64,000 bases of DNA. It comes from Candidatus Hodarchaeota archaeon. Its GTDB lineage: Archaea > Asgardarchaeota > Lokiarchaeia > Sigyniarchaeales > SOKP01. Shown piece by piece: positions 1 to 10,278 of the stretch. The stretch spans positions 192,001 through 256,000 of the forward strand of contig JBHLKM010000003.1 in NCBI GenBank assembly GCA_048886685.1, read 5' to 3'. Numbering within the stretch: position 1 is the first letter of the stretch; every line of letters starts with the position of its first letter. The notes below the pieces were generated by a model. The model made no database searches, was not told the DNA's origin, and saw only the letters and a program-made list of their open reading frames with translations. A program made the position numbers and the translations under genes.

Positions 1-239
1 TAAAGTAGTCCAATTTTTACAATTAAGATAATTGAATCAAATGAAATTTATAAGTTTTTGATCTTAATGTCTAAATACTGAAGCCATATATCACAATTCT
101 CTTAATTTCATGTTGGGTATCACCTATATATTACCTTAATTGAATCTTAGCTTATAAAAATCCTAAATTTTTATATAATTGATAATCATATTATTTAGTT
201 AAGCAGATTTAAAGAATTTGTATAGATTCGATAAGTAAA

Positions 240-2222
240 GTGGCTTCCGACAAAAATAGTAACTTCTTAGAAAAGCAACTAAAGACGTTAGGTCAAAAAG
301 TAAGAATAGATATTTTGAAAAAATTAAAAGTTGTTCAGGATCATTGTTCCTTTTCGAAACTCCAAAAAGAAGTTCTGGAACATAATCTTTCTTCTGTGAA
401 TTTTTCTTTTCATTTAAATACATTAAAAAAATGTGAGCTCATTGATTCATCAGAAAAAGGATATTTTATAACAAAATTAGGGAAACAAATTTTAAACAAT
501 ATATTGTCAATAGAACAAATCCTCACCGATAGATCCAAATCCAGAATGATTAGGACTTCAAAATATTCAAAAGAATTATTCGATTCTAATAAAATTGAAG
601 AATATCTTGTTGTTGAAGGGGAATTAGATGTTTTTTTGGCTAAGCAAATTGCTCGAGAAGTTGAAGAACGTTTATCAAAAACAAATATTGAATATTTAAC
701 TGCCCCATTAATGCGAGAATATATTAACGCGATTTTATTAGAAAATGGTTTAGAAGAGGTAAGACATAAGCTTACAAGACTTGGAACTCCCCCTTTTGAA
801 GTGTTTAAATTATTCAATTCAAAAGAAAGTGAAATAACACCAGAGTGTTTTATAAGAAAGCTAGGTTCTGATGTTTCTGAACAATTTTTACTTTTAAATC
901 TCCTTCCTAAAAACCTCGCTGATTTATATCTAACGGGAGAAATAGCATTCCTGCATTTAAATTACTGGAGTTTAAGGCCTTTAAGTATTTATTTAAATTC
1001 TAATTCTGTTCTTAACTATATTATAAACAATTACCCAAATGTATCAGATAATTTCGAGAAAACAGAAAATTTAATTCATCTAATTTTAGGTTTCTGCGAT
1101 TTGTTGAATAAATGTAAACAATTTTATTCAGAAGATTTATTATTAGGGGAATTTTATAATCATTTTCTAGCAAATTTCAATTTTGCGGTAGAAAAGTCTT
1201 ATATTATCGATCTATTAACTTCTCAGATGCTCAGCGTTAATAAAGGCTTCAATAATGGTCGATCACATTTATCTTTAGGGTTTAATATGACACGGTCTCC
1301 AAATAATGATAGTATCTTACTTAATCCCCCAGTTAAACAATTTCTATATTCTTTTACTGAAAAACCAGCAAAGAATAATATCCCATTATTATTGTTTAGA
1401 TACTCAGATTTTCTTTCTCAAAATTCAACTAGAGATACTATCAATGATCTTTTCTCTCATTCCTTAAAAAATAATATAATCCTCCAGAATAACAGTCTTT
1501 CAAATTTGCTAAATTCTACCATAATTAATGTTTTAAATCCAAAACAAAACAGAATTATTCTAGATAAGATATTAATAAATTTGCATATGATTTCTGTAGA
1601 AGCAAGACAAAATGATGATATCTTCCTTGAATTGTTGCAAGATAAAATTGGATCAACTTTTGAATTATTCAATTTAAAGGAAAAGCTTGCGAATAAAAAA
1701 CTAAGTACACTTAATAATTGGGGTAAAATAATACTACAAATATTTGGTGAAAAAAAGGATAACATATTAAAGGATTCAATAAAATCAATAAGTTTTTTTG
1801 GGTTAAATAAAGCTATCTTAAATCATTGTGGTATAGAACTTGATAGAACGGAGGGTAGTGCTTCATTTGCCCTAAAAATTCTTAGTTTTATGAAAACTCT
1901 TATTGAAGAAAAGAATGAATTAGAAAATGAATACTTTACACTGTCGCAGCCCCATCCTGATAAATATTTACAAGATTGTTGGAACAATGGAACTCTACAT
2001 AATGAACAAAGAATCAATTGTTATTCGTCTAAAATTATTAGAGAGAATTCTACCCTATCTTTACTCAAGAAACTCTCCCTATTTAAAAAATTTGAGAAAA
2101 TTATAAATGGGGGGTCAATATTTGATCAATCCATTGATGCAAATGATATCACCCTTAATAAATATCTAAAAATGTTAATAAATTTAAAAATTAATGCTTT
2201 TTCTTTGAGAAACTTTAAATAA
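240..2222 (+). CDS. wHTH + ATP-cone + degenerate class III ribonucleotide reductase (NrdD)-like protein
   Basis: N-terminal ArsR-like wHTH; archaeal NrdD-type segment RTS..FD..KI...YLTAPLMREYINAILLENGLEEVRHKLTRLG; no C-terminal glycyl-radical motif. Confidence 0.7.
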   Translation: MASDKNSNFLEKQLKTLGQKVRIDILKKLKVVQDHCSFSKLQKEVLEHNLSSVNFSFHLNTLKKCELIDSSEKGYFITKLGKQILNNILSIEQILTDRSKSRMIRTSKYSKELFDSNKIEEYLVVEGELDVFLAKQIAREVEERLSKTNIEYLTAPLMREYINAILLENGLEEVRHKLTRLGTPPFEVFKLFNSKESEITPECFIRKLGSDVSEQFLLLNLLPKNLADLYLTGEIAFLHLNYWSLRPLSIYLNSNSVLNYIINNYPNVSDNFEKTENLIHLILGFCDLLNKCKQFYSEDLLLGEFYNHFLANFNFAVEKSYIIDLLTSQMLSVNKGFNNGRSHLSLGFNMTRSPNNDSILLNPPVKQFLYSFTEKPAKNNIPLLLFRYSDFLSQNSTRDTINDLFSHSLKNNIILQNNSLSNLLNSTIINVLNPKQNRIILDKILINLHMISVEARQNDDIFLELLQDKIGSTFELFNLKEKLANKKLSTLNNWGKIILQIFGEKKDNILKDSIKSISFFGLNKAILNHCGIELDRTEGSASFALKILSFMKTLIEEKNELENEYFTLSQPHPDKYLQDCWNNGTLHNEQRINCYSSKIIRENSTLSLLKKLSLFKKFEKIINGGSIFDQSIDANDITLNKYLKMLINLKINAFSLRNFK

Positions 2223-2250
2223 AAAATTAATAATGACTTTTTGCTTCTCT

Positions 2251-3168
2251 CTATTCTCTCATTAGTTCTGCTAAAAGAGCTTTTCTCATAGGAATGCCGT
2301 AAAAAGTCTGTTTAAAATAAATTGTTTTTTCAGAAGCATCAACATTGGGAGAAATTTCTGTAATTCGCGGTAAAGGATGTAATAAACGAAATTTATCTTT
2401 AGTATTTTCAAGATCATTTTCTCCAAAGGTGTAAAAACCTTTCACCTTTTCATACTCTTCTAAATCTATAAATCTTTCTTTTTGAACTCGTGTCATATAA
2501 AGTACATCCAATATATTTAAAATCTTTCTATAATCCGTTATTTCCTTATACTTCATATGTCGTTGTTGTAAGAAATCTTTATCTCGATTTCTCATTTTCA
2601 ATTCCACAGGGCTTATGAAATAAATATTAACGTCATAATTAGATAGGAGAATCGAGAGTGAATGAACTGTTCTACCATATTTAAGATCTCCCATTACTCC
2701 GATGTTCAACCCATCTAATGCACCGCATTCTTCAGTAATGGTTAAAAGATCTAATAAAGCTTGAGTAGGATGTTCTCCACTTCCGGATCCAGCATTAATA
2801 ACTGGCACTCGTGCAAAGTTTGAAGCCATTCTCGCAGCCCCTTCAAGTGAGTGCCTCATTACAATACAATCGCTATAATTTTCTACTGTTCTAATTGTAT
2901 CTGCAATACTCTCCCCTTTTTTAATAGAGGACACATCTCCTGAATGAAATCCAATTACATTCCCTCCCAATCTATACATAGCAGATTCAAAACTAAGTCG
3001 AGTTCGAGTAGAAGGTTCAAAAAATAAAGTTGCTAGAATTTTACCTTTAAGAAGATTTGAGTTTTTTTCACTCAACATTTCTTTACCTCTTTTCAAGATA
3101 TACTCAATATCTTCTCTATCAAATTGTTTAGCACTTATTATTCCTTCTGCAAATTTCTCATGGAACAT
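2251..3168 (-). CDS. pyrB: aspartate carbamoyltransferase catalytic subunit
   Basis: FFEPSTRTRLSF, HPTQALLD, HPLPR motifs. Confidence 0.97.
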   Translation of the reverse strand: MFHEKFAEGIISAKQFDREDIEYILKRGKEMLSEKNSNLLKGKILATLFFEPSTRTRLSFESAMYRLGGNVIGFHSGDVSSIKKGESIADTIRTVENYSDCIVMRHSLEGAARMASNFARVPVINAGSGSGEHPTQALLDLLTITEECGALDGLNIGVMGDLKYGRTVHSLSILLSNYDVNIYFISPVELKMRNRDKDFLQQRHMKYKEITDYRKILNILDVLYMTRVQKERFIDLEEYEKVKGFYTFGENDLENTKDKFRLLHPLPRITEISPNVDASEKTIYFKQTFYGIPMRKALLAELMRE

Positions 3169-3328
3169 TTAAATTCTCATTTATAATGTTTTTATTAACA
3201 TTATGAAAGTAAGATTTAAATTATTTATTATTAAACTACGGTTTTTCAAAAGAAATAGGCTAAACTAATAAAATTTAAAATTTATAAATAATTAAATTAG
3301 TTACTCAGATAAAATAGTTGTTCTATAT

Positions 3329-3610
3329 ATGAAGTATCCTAAAACCACAAGGAAATATTGCCCTAGTTGCCGTTCACATCAAATACATAATGTTTCACTG
3401 TACAAAAGGGGTAAAGAACGCGCTCTTAATCATGGTAGGAGAAGAGTAGAGCGTAAAAAGAGGGGTTATGGGAGTTTTCCAAAAGAAATTTTTCATAAAA
3501 ACGCTAAAATCAATAAAAAAAGTACTCCTATTTTAGAATGTACTGAATGTGGAAAAAAACAATATGCAAAATCTTATCGTGTTAAACGTCTTGAACTACA
3601 AGAAGTATAA
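3329..3610 (+). CDS. rpl44e: 50S ribosomal protein L44e
   Basis: basic zinc ribbon YCPSCRSH...ECTECGK, next to S27e. Confidence 0.93.
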   Translation: MKYPKTTRKYCPSCRSHQIHNVSLYKRGKERALNHGRRRVERKKRGYGSFPKEIFHKNAKINKKSTPILECTECGKKQYAKSYRVKRLELQEV

Positions 3611-3628
3611 GAAAAAAGGTAAAATTAA

Positions 3629-3835
3629 ATGGTTAGAGATAAAAAATCAAAGGATCTAATACCCCAACCAAAAAGCCGATTTTTACGTGTAAAATGCTTA
3701 AATTGTGGAAACCAACAAATAATTTTTGGATGTTCGGCAACTGATGTAGAATGTTTAGTGTGTGGAAAAACTTTACTCCAATCCACAGGTGGGAAAGCTC
3801 GAATTCTTACCAAAATTTTAGAAGTTCTTTCTTAA
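3629..3835 (+). CDS. rps27e: 30S ribosomal protein S27e
   Basis: [15 protein letters not shown]...V.C..CG..L...TGGKA. Confidence 0.95.
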   Translation: MVRDKKSKDLIPQPKSRFLRVKCLNCGNQQIIFGCSATDVECLVCGKTLLQSTGGKARILTKILEVLS

Positions 3836-3954
3836 CCACAGGTTTTAATGTTCGATTACTTTTTTTAGCTAAAAGATCATGAAACTGAAATTTCATGTTT
3901 ATACTGCTATATCTCTGTAATATTATTATTGTTTCGTCTAATAAGAAATATAAT

Positions 3955-4287
3955 TTATCCTTGACGCCAAGTGTGTTTACATTTTACACATCTAAAAAAA
4001 TGAGTACTCGGCTCATCTGAGCTTCTAATTTGAATTTGCCAGGTTTCAGCTTCCTGATTTTGACATTTAGGGCAACTTCTTTTAACTATTGGGTGGACTT
4101 TAATTTTATCTTCTTCTGATATAATTATTAAATTTTTTTTTAAGGCTTCTTTCTTCTTTTCAATAGTCTTGTGATCTATTGAGCTGTTTAAGATTTCTTG
4201 ATAACCACACTTACATACAAGATAATCATTTCCATCTTCAGTTTTTTTACGTAAAAGATTTGAACACTCAGGGCAGAATTGTACCAT
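3955..4287 (-). CDS. tfs: transcription factor S (RpoM/TFS family)
   Basis: FCPEC N-terminal ribbon; CPKC...QIRSSDEP.T.FFRC..C C-terminal ribbon with acidic DE pair. Confidence 0.92.
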   Translation of the reverse strand: MVQFCPECSNLLRKKTEDGNDYLVCKCGYQEILNSSIDHKTIEKKKEALKKNLIIISEEDKIKVHPIVKRSCPKCQNQEAETWQIQIRSSDEPSTHFFRCVKCKHTWRQG

Positions 4288-4312
4288 TAGTCGTCATCCA
4301 CATTTTTTCTAA

Positions 4313-4630
4313 CTACAAATACTCTTTTTTCAGTTCATATAACTTTAGATAGTATTCAAAATTTAATTTATTCATGTCTTGAATGATTTCTGCCACGATT
4401 GTCTTCCCTCCATCCATTTTGATGACAAGCTCACCAATAACATTTACAAGATCTTCCTTTTTATACCCAAAATCGACATTTTTAATATCAACACTAATTT
4501 GTCCACTCCCATCATTTAATACGATATGTTCTTTCTCAACAATATTTTTTACATACCCAGTTACTTGGATTCGAACATCATCTTTCTTGATATCTTTTAT
4601 AGTTCTTTGCTTCGCAGACTGTATTGACAT
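4313..4630 (-). CDS. small single OB-fold protein (RPA14/RPA3-like)
   Basis: V.VTGYV...LNDGSG.I.V...VNVIG OB pattern with a C-terminal helix. Confidence 0.6.
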   Translation of the reverse strand: MSIQSAKQRTIKDIKKDDVRIQVTGYVKNIVEKEHIVLNDGSGQISVDIKNVDFGYKKEDLVNVIGELVIKMDGGKTIVAEIIQDMNKLNFEYYLKLYELKKEYL

Positions 4631-4810
4631 TTTTTCTTTAAAAATCTTAAGAGTTAGTTATAACATATACATTGAAAAATTAAGATAACTATAAATAATT
4701 ATTTTAATACCTAGAATTGGTTTTATTAAAAGACTAATATTAAACATTATTAATAATGCTAATAAAACATTATTATCTTAATTATAATTGAATAAAGGTA
4801 CTGAAAGAAT

Positions 4811-5614
4811 ATGAGCTTTACGTTAAAATTGGAAAATAGTCGAATATTGAAAGGAATTGTTGAAACTCTTGCTAGTATTATAGACGAAACTGAGTTTCGA
4901 GTCACTCCTAAAGAGTTTACAATCTCAGCAATGGATCCTAGTAGAATCTGCCTATTAAAATTATCAATAAAAAAAGATGACTTTGATGATTATCAATGTA
5001 ATAAAGAATCCAAAGTAGGCTTAAACTTGGATGATCTGGATAAGATCCTGAAGAGAAGTGCTGCTAATGATTCAGTTGAGATTAACTTTAATGAAACTGA
5101 TCAAAAAATAAAAATCAAAATGCAAAGAGAAGGAGTATCGCGAACAAGAACATTTAGTCTAGCTTTATTAGATATTGATATCGAGGAAATTCCAATGGAT
5201 AACTTATTGAAGATTGAATATCCCTCGAATTGGGTCTTAGACCCAGACTTTTTAGTTGAGGCAATTAAGGATGCTGAAATTTATTCTGAAATTCTCAATA
5301 TAAACGCCAATGAAGGACAGGGGCTCATTTTTAGCTCATCAGGACAAATAGGTGAAATGGAATACGATCTCAATGAAGATGACTTAATCGAGAGTGATCT
5401 CCAAGGTTCAAGTAGCGGGGCTTATTCCTTAACATTCCTTAAGGCTATTTTAAAAATTGCTTCAATTACAGAGAAATTAAAAATATCTTTAAAGACTGAT
5501 CATCCCTTAAAAATGAATTTTGATCTTCTCGAAGGGGGAAAACTAAGCTACTTCCTTGCACCAAGAGTAGAAGAAGAGGAATTTGACGAAGACGAGGATA
5601 TGGACGAATTTTAA
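4811..5614 (+). CDS. pcn: DNA sliding clamp PCNA
   Basis: AMDPSRICL, YSLTFL, YFLAPRVEE; acidic tail. Confidence 0.96.
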   Translation: MSFTLKLENSRILKGIVETLASIIDETEFRVTPKEFTISAMDPSRICLLKLSIKKDDFDDYQCNKESKVGLNLDDLDKILKRSAANDSVEINFNETDQKIKIKMQREGVSRTRTFSLALLDIDIEEIPMDNLLKIEYPSNWVLDPDFLVEAIKDAEIYSEILNINANEGQGLIFSSSGQIGEMEYDLNEDDLIESDLQGSSSGAYSLTFLKAILKIASITEKLKISLKTDHPLKMNFDLLEGGKLSYFLAPRVEEEEFDEDEDMDEF

Positions 5615-5766
5615 ATGATTCTTTCTCAAATTTTAACTTATTTGATTTTTAGTAGTTTTTTTAACTTTAACAATAAACCATTCTACTCTTAACTTATTAT
5701 AATTTAAAAATGTCAAATTTCTTAATAATTAGATAATACTAATCACGACTGTAAATTTATTGAAAA

Positions 5767-6951
5767 ATGAGTGAAAATTTGGATTTGGTAAAGCGTTATC
5801 CTTGGCTTCCTTCTTTGAAAGATTGCTATCCTAGAATAGCAATAAAAGGACCTATGGAATTTATTGATGAAGTCTTCTCAAATGACAATGATAATGATCT
5901 TGGTAGTAGAATCTTGGAATTTTTTAAAGCAGCGATAGATAACCTTGAAGAGTTTTCTTATTATATGGATGATGAGACCAATATACACTTTTATATCCTA
6001 ATCAGAATAATTTTAAGTATATTAAACAGGATACAAATTACCAATAGAGTTGCAGAATTATATTCGAAGACTGCATATAGAAAATTGAATAAAGAATTAA
6101 ATAATGCTTCAAATTTATATAGAATTTATAAGGATTTGAAATTAGATTTTATCTATAAAGAAGAACCTATAATATATAAAAAAATTAAATTAAAAGATCA
6201 AGAACTATTTGAAAAAACTAATTTTAGAATCCATTTTATTGATTATCTCCAACTCGCTGCTAATCTAAAGGATGATCATCGAAAATTAACAAATAACCCG
6301 ATAACAGATGGTTATGTATTTATTCAACCCAAAAATCTCAATAGATTAATTCAAGAATTCGTACGTAAGAAAATTTTAACTTTAATGCAAATTGAAGAAC
6401 ATAAAGAATCCTTACTCAAAAATAAAGTATTTGCAAATATTTATAAAACAATTGAAAATATTTGGGAAGTAAAAAAAGAAAAATATCAACAAATTGAAAT
6501 CTCTAATATCAATGGAAAGAGCCAAAGAGATTATTTCCCTCCATGTATAAGAGAGATATTTAAAAAAGCAGAGGAAGGTCAGAACTTAATACATATCGAA
6601 AGATTATTTATTGTCTGGTTTTTGAATGCTCTTAAATTTCCTGAGGAAGAGATAATAAATATATTTTCAACGCTTCCTGATTTTGATAGAGATAAAACAA
6701 CTTATCAGGTAAGATATGCAATGAGAAAAGGATATACACCTTATTCGTGTGAATCTGTAAAATCTTATGATTTATGCTATGCTAAGATATATAATGATGA
6801 TATATGTTTAAAGGGATATTACTCAAGAACTCAAGATAAACAAATGGAACTTACCCAACCTTTAAGATATGTCGGGATAAAACAATTTCGTCAATCTAAA
6901 AAACCAAAATCTTCTAATAACAAACCACAAGAAAATGATGAAAGATCTTAA
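5767..6951 (+). CDS. priL: DNA primase large subunit
   Basis: RYPWL N-terminus, FPPCI..H.ER, Fe-S cysteines, overlaps priS. Confidence 0.9.
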   Translation: MSENLDLVKRYPWLPSLKDCYPRIAIKGPMEFIDEVFSNDNDNDLGSRILEFFKAAIDNLEEFSYYMDDETNIHFYILIRIILSILNRIQITNRVAELYSKTAYRKLNKELNNASNLYRIYKDLKLDFIYKEEPIIYKKIKLKDQELFEKTNFRIHFIDYLQLAANLKDDHRKLTNNPITDGYVFIQPKNLNRLIQEFVRKKILTLMQIEEHKESLLKNKVFANIYKTIENIWEVKKEKYQQIEISNINGKSQRDYFPPCIREIFKKAEEGQNLIHIERLFIVWFLNALKFPEEEIINIFSTLPDFDRDKTTYQVRYAMRKGYTPYSCESVKSYDLCYAKIYNDDICLKGYYSRTQDKQMELTQPLRYVGIKQFRQSKKPKSSNNKPQENDERS

Positions 6952-8221
6952 ATACTTAAATCGCATATTTATCGAATATTATAAAAATAAAAAGGCCAAT
7001 ATCTCATTTATTGATTTATTACCGCAAAGAGAGTTTGCTTTTTTTCTTTGGGATAAGAAATCAATCATGATGAGGCACATGGGCTTTAATAATAAAGACA
7101 ATTTCATTAATTTTTTAATTAATAATGGACCTCGACATGTTTATTCTAGCGGAGCTTTTTATCAAATCCCAGAAAATCAAAATATGGATGGTAAAGGCTA
7201 TTTAGGTTGTGATTTTATTATAGATATAGATGTAGATCATTTTTATACACCCTGTAAAGAAGATCATGATTTATGGAATTGTAGAGAATGTGGTAAAAGT
7301 GGGACGGGAATGGTCTCTAAATGTCCACATTGTAGTAAGACGAAAATACAAACTATAACTTGGATATGTGAGGAATGCTTAAATATAGCAAAAAATGAGA
7401 TAATTAAGCTACTATATAACTTTTTAATACCAGATTTCGGAATTTCTCTAGATCAAATGAAAATTGCATACTCAGGTCACCGTGGATATCATTTGAAAGT
7501 AAAAGATGAAAAAATAAGAACGTTATCTAGTGAAGAAAGAAGAGAAATTGCAGATTATGTTTCAGGAGAAAATATTTCCTTTGAGCTTTTAGGATTGCGA
7601 GAAAAACGAGGTACTATTTTTGGATTTTCAAAAGAAAATATTGGATGGTCTCAAAAATGCCTAGAAAAAATTAAAGAAATTTTAAACAAATCTGATGCAG
7701 AAATTCATCATATCTTACTTAATAAAAGATTATTTAATCTTAAAGCAGATCAAATTACAAGTTTTATAAATTTCAAAGACGAACTTCTAAATATAATTCA
7801 AAATAATACGAATAATGTATGGCCCAGTGATAATTTCGGGATAAAATCATGGATGAATTTCTTAAGTGGAATAGTTCATGAAATAGGAGTTGAAATCGAT
7901 ACACCAGTAACTGTTGATATTCATAGACTCATCAGATATCCTGGATCTCTTCATGGAAAAACGGGATTTAAAGTACAAGAATTGAATCCTGATGATTTAG
8001 ATAATTTCAATCCTCTAAATGAAATAAATGAGAGACTAGATCCAATTGTTTTTGAAAGTAAAGTGGAAACTACTCAAAAAATAGAAATCACTATTCCTGA
8101 GGTACCAGCAACTAAGATAAAAGAAAAAGTTTATGGACCGTATGTAATGGGACAAATAATCAAAGTTCCTCATCATATAGCGGTATTTCTTTTATGTAAA
8201 GAAGTAGCAAAAACCATATGA
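6935..8221 (+). CDS. priS: DNA primase catalytic subunit with Cys-rich zinc insert
   Basis: QREFAF, IDIDVD, YSGHRGYH, D..VT.D..RLIR.PGSLH motifs. Confidence 0.94.
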   Translation: MMKDLKYLNRIFIEYYKNKKANISFIDLLPQREFAFFLWDKKSIMMRHMGFNNKDNFINFLINNGPRHVYSSGAFYQIPENQNMDGKGYLGCDFIIDIDVDHFYTPCKEDHDLWNCRECGKSGTGMVSKCPHCSKTKIQTITWICEECLNIAKNEIIKLLYNFLIPDFGISLDQMKIAYSGHRGYHLKVKDEKIRTLSSEERREIADYVSGENISFELLGLREKRGTIFGFSKENIGWSQKCLEKIKEILNKSDAEIHHILLNKRLFNLKADQITSFINFKDELLNIIQNNTNNVWPSDNFGIKSWMNFLSGIVHEIGVEIDTPVTVDIHRLIRYPGSLHGKTGFKVQELNPDDLDNFNPLNEINERLDPIVFESKVETTQKIEITIPEVPATKIKEKVYGPYVMGQIIKVPHHIAVFLLCKEVAKTI

Positions 8222-8282
8222 GTTAAAAATTTATTTACATGAACACTAAGATAAATTATTAATATAAAAAGTTTCGATATTA

Positions 8283-8951
8283 ATGGATTTAAAAAAAGAA
8301 TACGAAAATTTATATCAGCATTGGCTTAAAGAATTCCAACAAGCAGAATTAACTAATTTGAATCAGAAACTATTTGAAAAATATGGTAAACTCCTAAATT
8401 CTGTTGACAATCATCAAGAAAATGAATCTGATATCATTAAATCCCAAGTATTTGAAACCTATAAAAAAAACCTTAATTTCCTATATGAGGATCTTTTAAA
8501 GATGAGAGAACTTAAAATTGTTAATACAGCACTAGCTCTTAAAGAAATTGATATTGATAATGTTATTGAAGCTGAAAAATTACTTTACCAAAATTTAGTG
8601 AGTTCAATTAAAGGATTCAACAAAGTTAAAGCTATTTCTAAGTTTGAAGGAGGAGAACAATTAAAAATTGAAGAAATTATTAAACCTAAAACTGATAAAG
8701 AACCTGAAATAATAGAATCAGAATTATCAATAAAAGAAAAAAATTCGATTATCTCTGAAATAATCAGTGATCAAAAGGAAGAACAAGTAGATTTTACCTT
8801 ATTAAGATTCATAAAAAAAACACCACCATTAGTAGGTATTGATCTTATTAATTATGGACCATTCGAGGAGGAAGATATAGCGTATATTCCTTCTCAAAAT
8901 GCGAATATCCTTGTATTGGAAAAATTTGCAGAAAAAATAGAAATTTCTTAA
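8283..8951 (+). CDS. GINS complex subunit Gins15/Gins51-like
   Basis: Follows priS; LLKMRELKI helix and C-terminal P..VGID...YGPF..EDI..IP..NA..L domain. Confidence 0.8.
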   Translation: MDLKKEYENLYQHWLKEFQQAELTNLNQKLFEKYGKLLNSVDNHQENESDIIKSQVFETYKKNLNFLYEDLLKMRELKIVNTALALKEIDIDNVIEAEKLLYQNLVSSIKGFNKVKAISKFEGGEQLKIEEIIKPKTDKEPEIIESELSIKEKNSIISEIISDQKEEQVDFTLLRFIKKTPPLVGIDLINYGPFEEEDIAYIPSQNANILVLEKFAEKIEIS

Positions 8952-8954
8952 TAA

Positions 8955-9140
8955 TTAGTTAAATTTCTTTTCAAATTCTTCTTTAAAGTACTTTAATCGA
9001 TATTTACCATATTTATCTATTAAAGAAAATTTCGGGGGTTTTGGATTTACCAACTGACCTCCACAATATCGACACTTTGAATTAGGATTTGCTAAACCAT
9101 ATTTATTACAGCTACTACACTTCTGTAAATATTTTGTCAT
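8955..9140 (-). CDS. nop10: H/ACA RNP protein Nop10
   Basis: C..C..Y.L...C..CGG....PPKFS..DKYGKYR. Confidence 0.92.
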   Translation of the reverse strand: MTKYLQKCSSCNKYGLANPNSKCRYCGGQLVNPKPPKFSLIDKYGKYRLKYFKEEFEKKFN

Positions 9141-9168
9141 AGGTTAATCAAACATATTTATTTGGAAT

Positions 9169-9990
9169 CTAGTCTCTTATGAATTCAAATGTGCCATTGT
9201 ATTGAATTGTTTTTTGTTCAATAACTTCTAAAGCATCAGACAATATATTTTCAGCGTCTAAATAATCTTTTGTTATCACTTCTAATCGATAGAATGGTGC
9301 AGCTAAATAATTAATTTTAATATTACGAGTTTCCTTTGAGTCAATGACTTTTGTGGCTTCCAGTAATGATTCTTTAATTTGATCTATTCCATTTTCTGAA
9401 TTAAATGATAACTTAACCTTCCCTGATATACTTACTGTTGAAATTTCTACATTCTCATTTACTATTTTCAATAAAATTGTCTTAATATCATCGGAAACTC
9501 CTTCTAATTCACTTAAAATTTCTTCACCATTCTCTTTCAGATTTTCTATCGCCTCTTGGTATGTATCAAAATAATCTAAGACAGGAAATCCTATTAATTC
9601 ATAAGCTTCATCAAGAGTCATGTTAACTCCTTCAGCTTCTGTAAGGAATTGCAATAGGTTTTCAAATTTTACAGCATATTTCCATTCTTTTAATCTTATC
9701 TCTCTTTGAGCTGAATTCACTCTTCGTAATGACAAATCGACATGACCTTTTTCTGGATCAACTCGCAACACACGTAATACTATCCTCTGACCAATTCGAA
9801 CATAATTTCTTATATTCTTAATCCATCTAGAGCTTATCTCCGATATATGTATCATCCCTCTTGCTGTATTTTCAGAAGATAAGCCTTCAAAATCAATCAG
9901 ATCCACGTATACATATTGATCTTGAACTACAGTAACTTTTGCAATAACAAACTCCCCTTCCTTTGGAAAATTTGTTCTACTCTTTACCAT
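9169..9990 (-). CDS. translation initiation factor aIF2 alpha subunit
   Basis: S1 domain GMIHISEISSRWIKNIR...KGHVDLSLRRV; APFYR. Confidence 0.95.
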   Translation of the reverse strand: MVKSRTNFPKEGEFVIAKVTVVQDQYVYVDLIDFEGLSSENTARGMIHISEISSRWIKNIRNYVRIGQRIVLRVLRVDPEKGHVDLSLRRVNSAQREIRLKEWKYAVKFENLLQFLTEAEGVNMTLDEAYELIGFPVLDYFDTYQEAIENLKENGEEILSELEGVSDDIKTILLKIVNENVEISTVSISGKVKLSFNSENGIDQIKESLLEATKVIDSKETRNIKINYLAAPFYRLEVITKDYLDAENILSDALEVIEQKTIQYNGTFEFIRD

Positions 9991-10278
9991 AATACTAATT
10001 TACTTTTGTTTGTTCTCTTCCTTTTTTTTAATTATTACAATATTTAACGATCTATCGTTTTTTATTTTTATTATCTCATTCACTTAGAATTCATAACAAA
10101 TACTAAAAATTATTTTGAAATTAGATTATAAGATGAAAAAGACCATAAGTTTGGTAGAATATAGTAAAAAATATAAACTCAACAACATTTAAAAATAACA
10201 TCTAATAAAAATAAATTTAATTTGGAAATTTAAAATTTAAAGAAATAAATAATTATTAATAGAGGAAATTGATGAATT

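Noticed and set aside
64-125. Minus-strand GGTGA then ATG giving MKLREL-TGA-YMASVFRH, a possible selenocysteine or intron case
   Set aside because: Only 15 codons, no recognisable homology, no SECIS or BHB seen, and it lies at the window edge.
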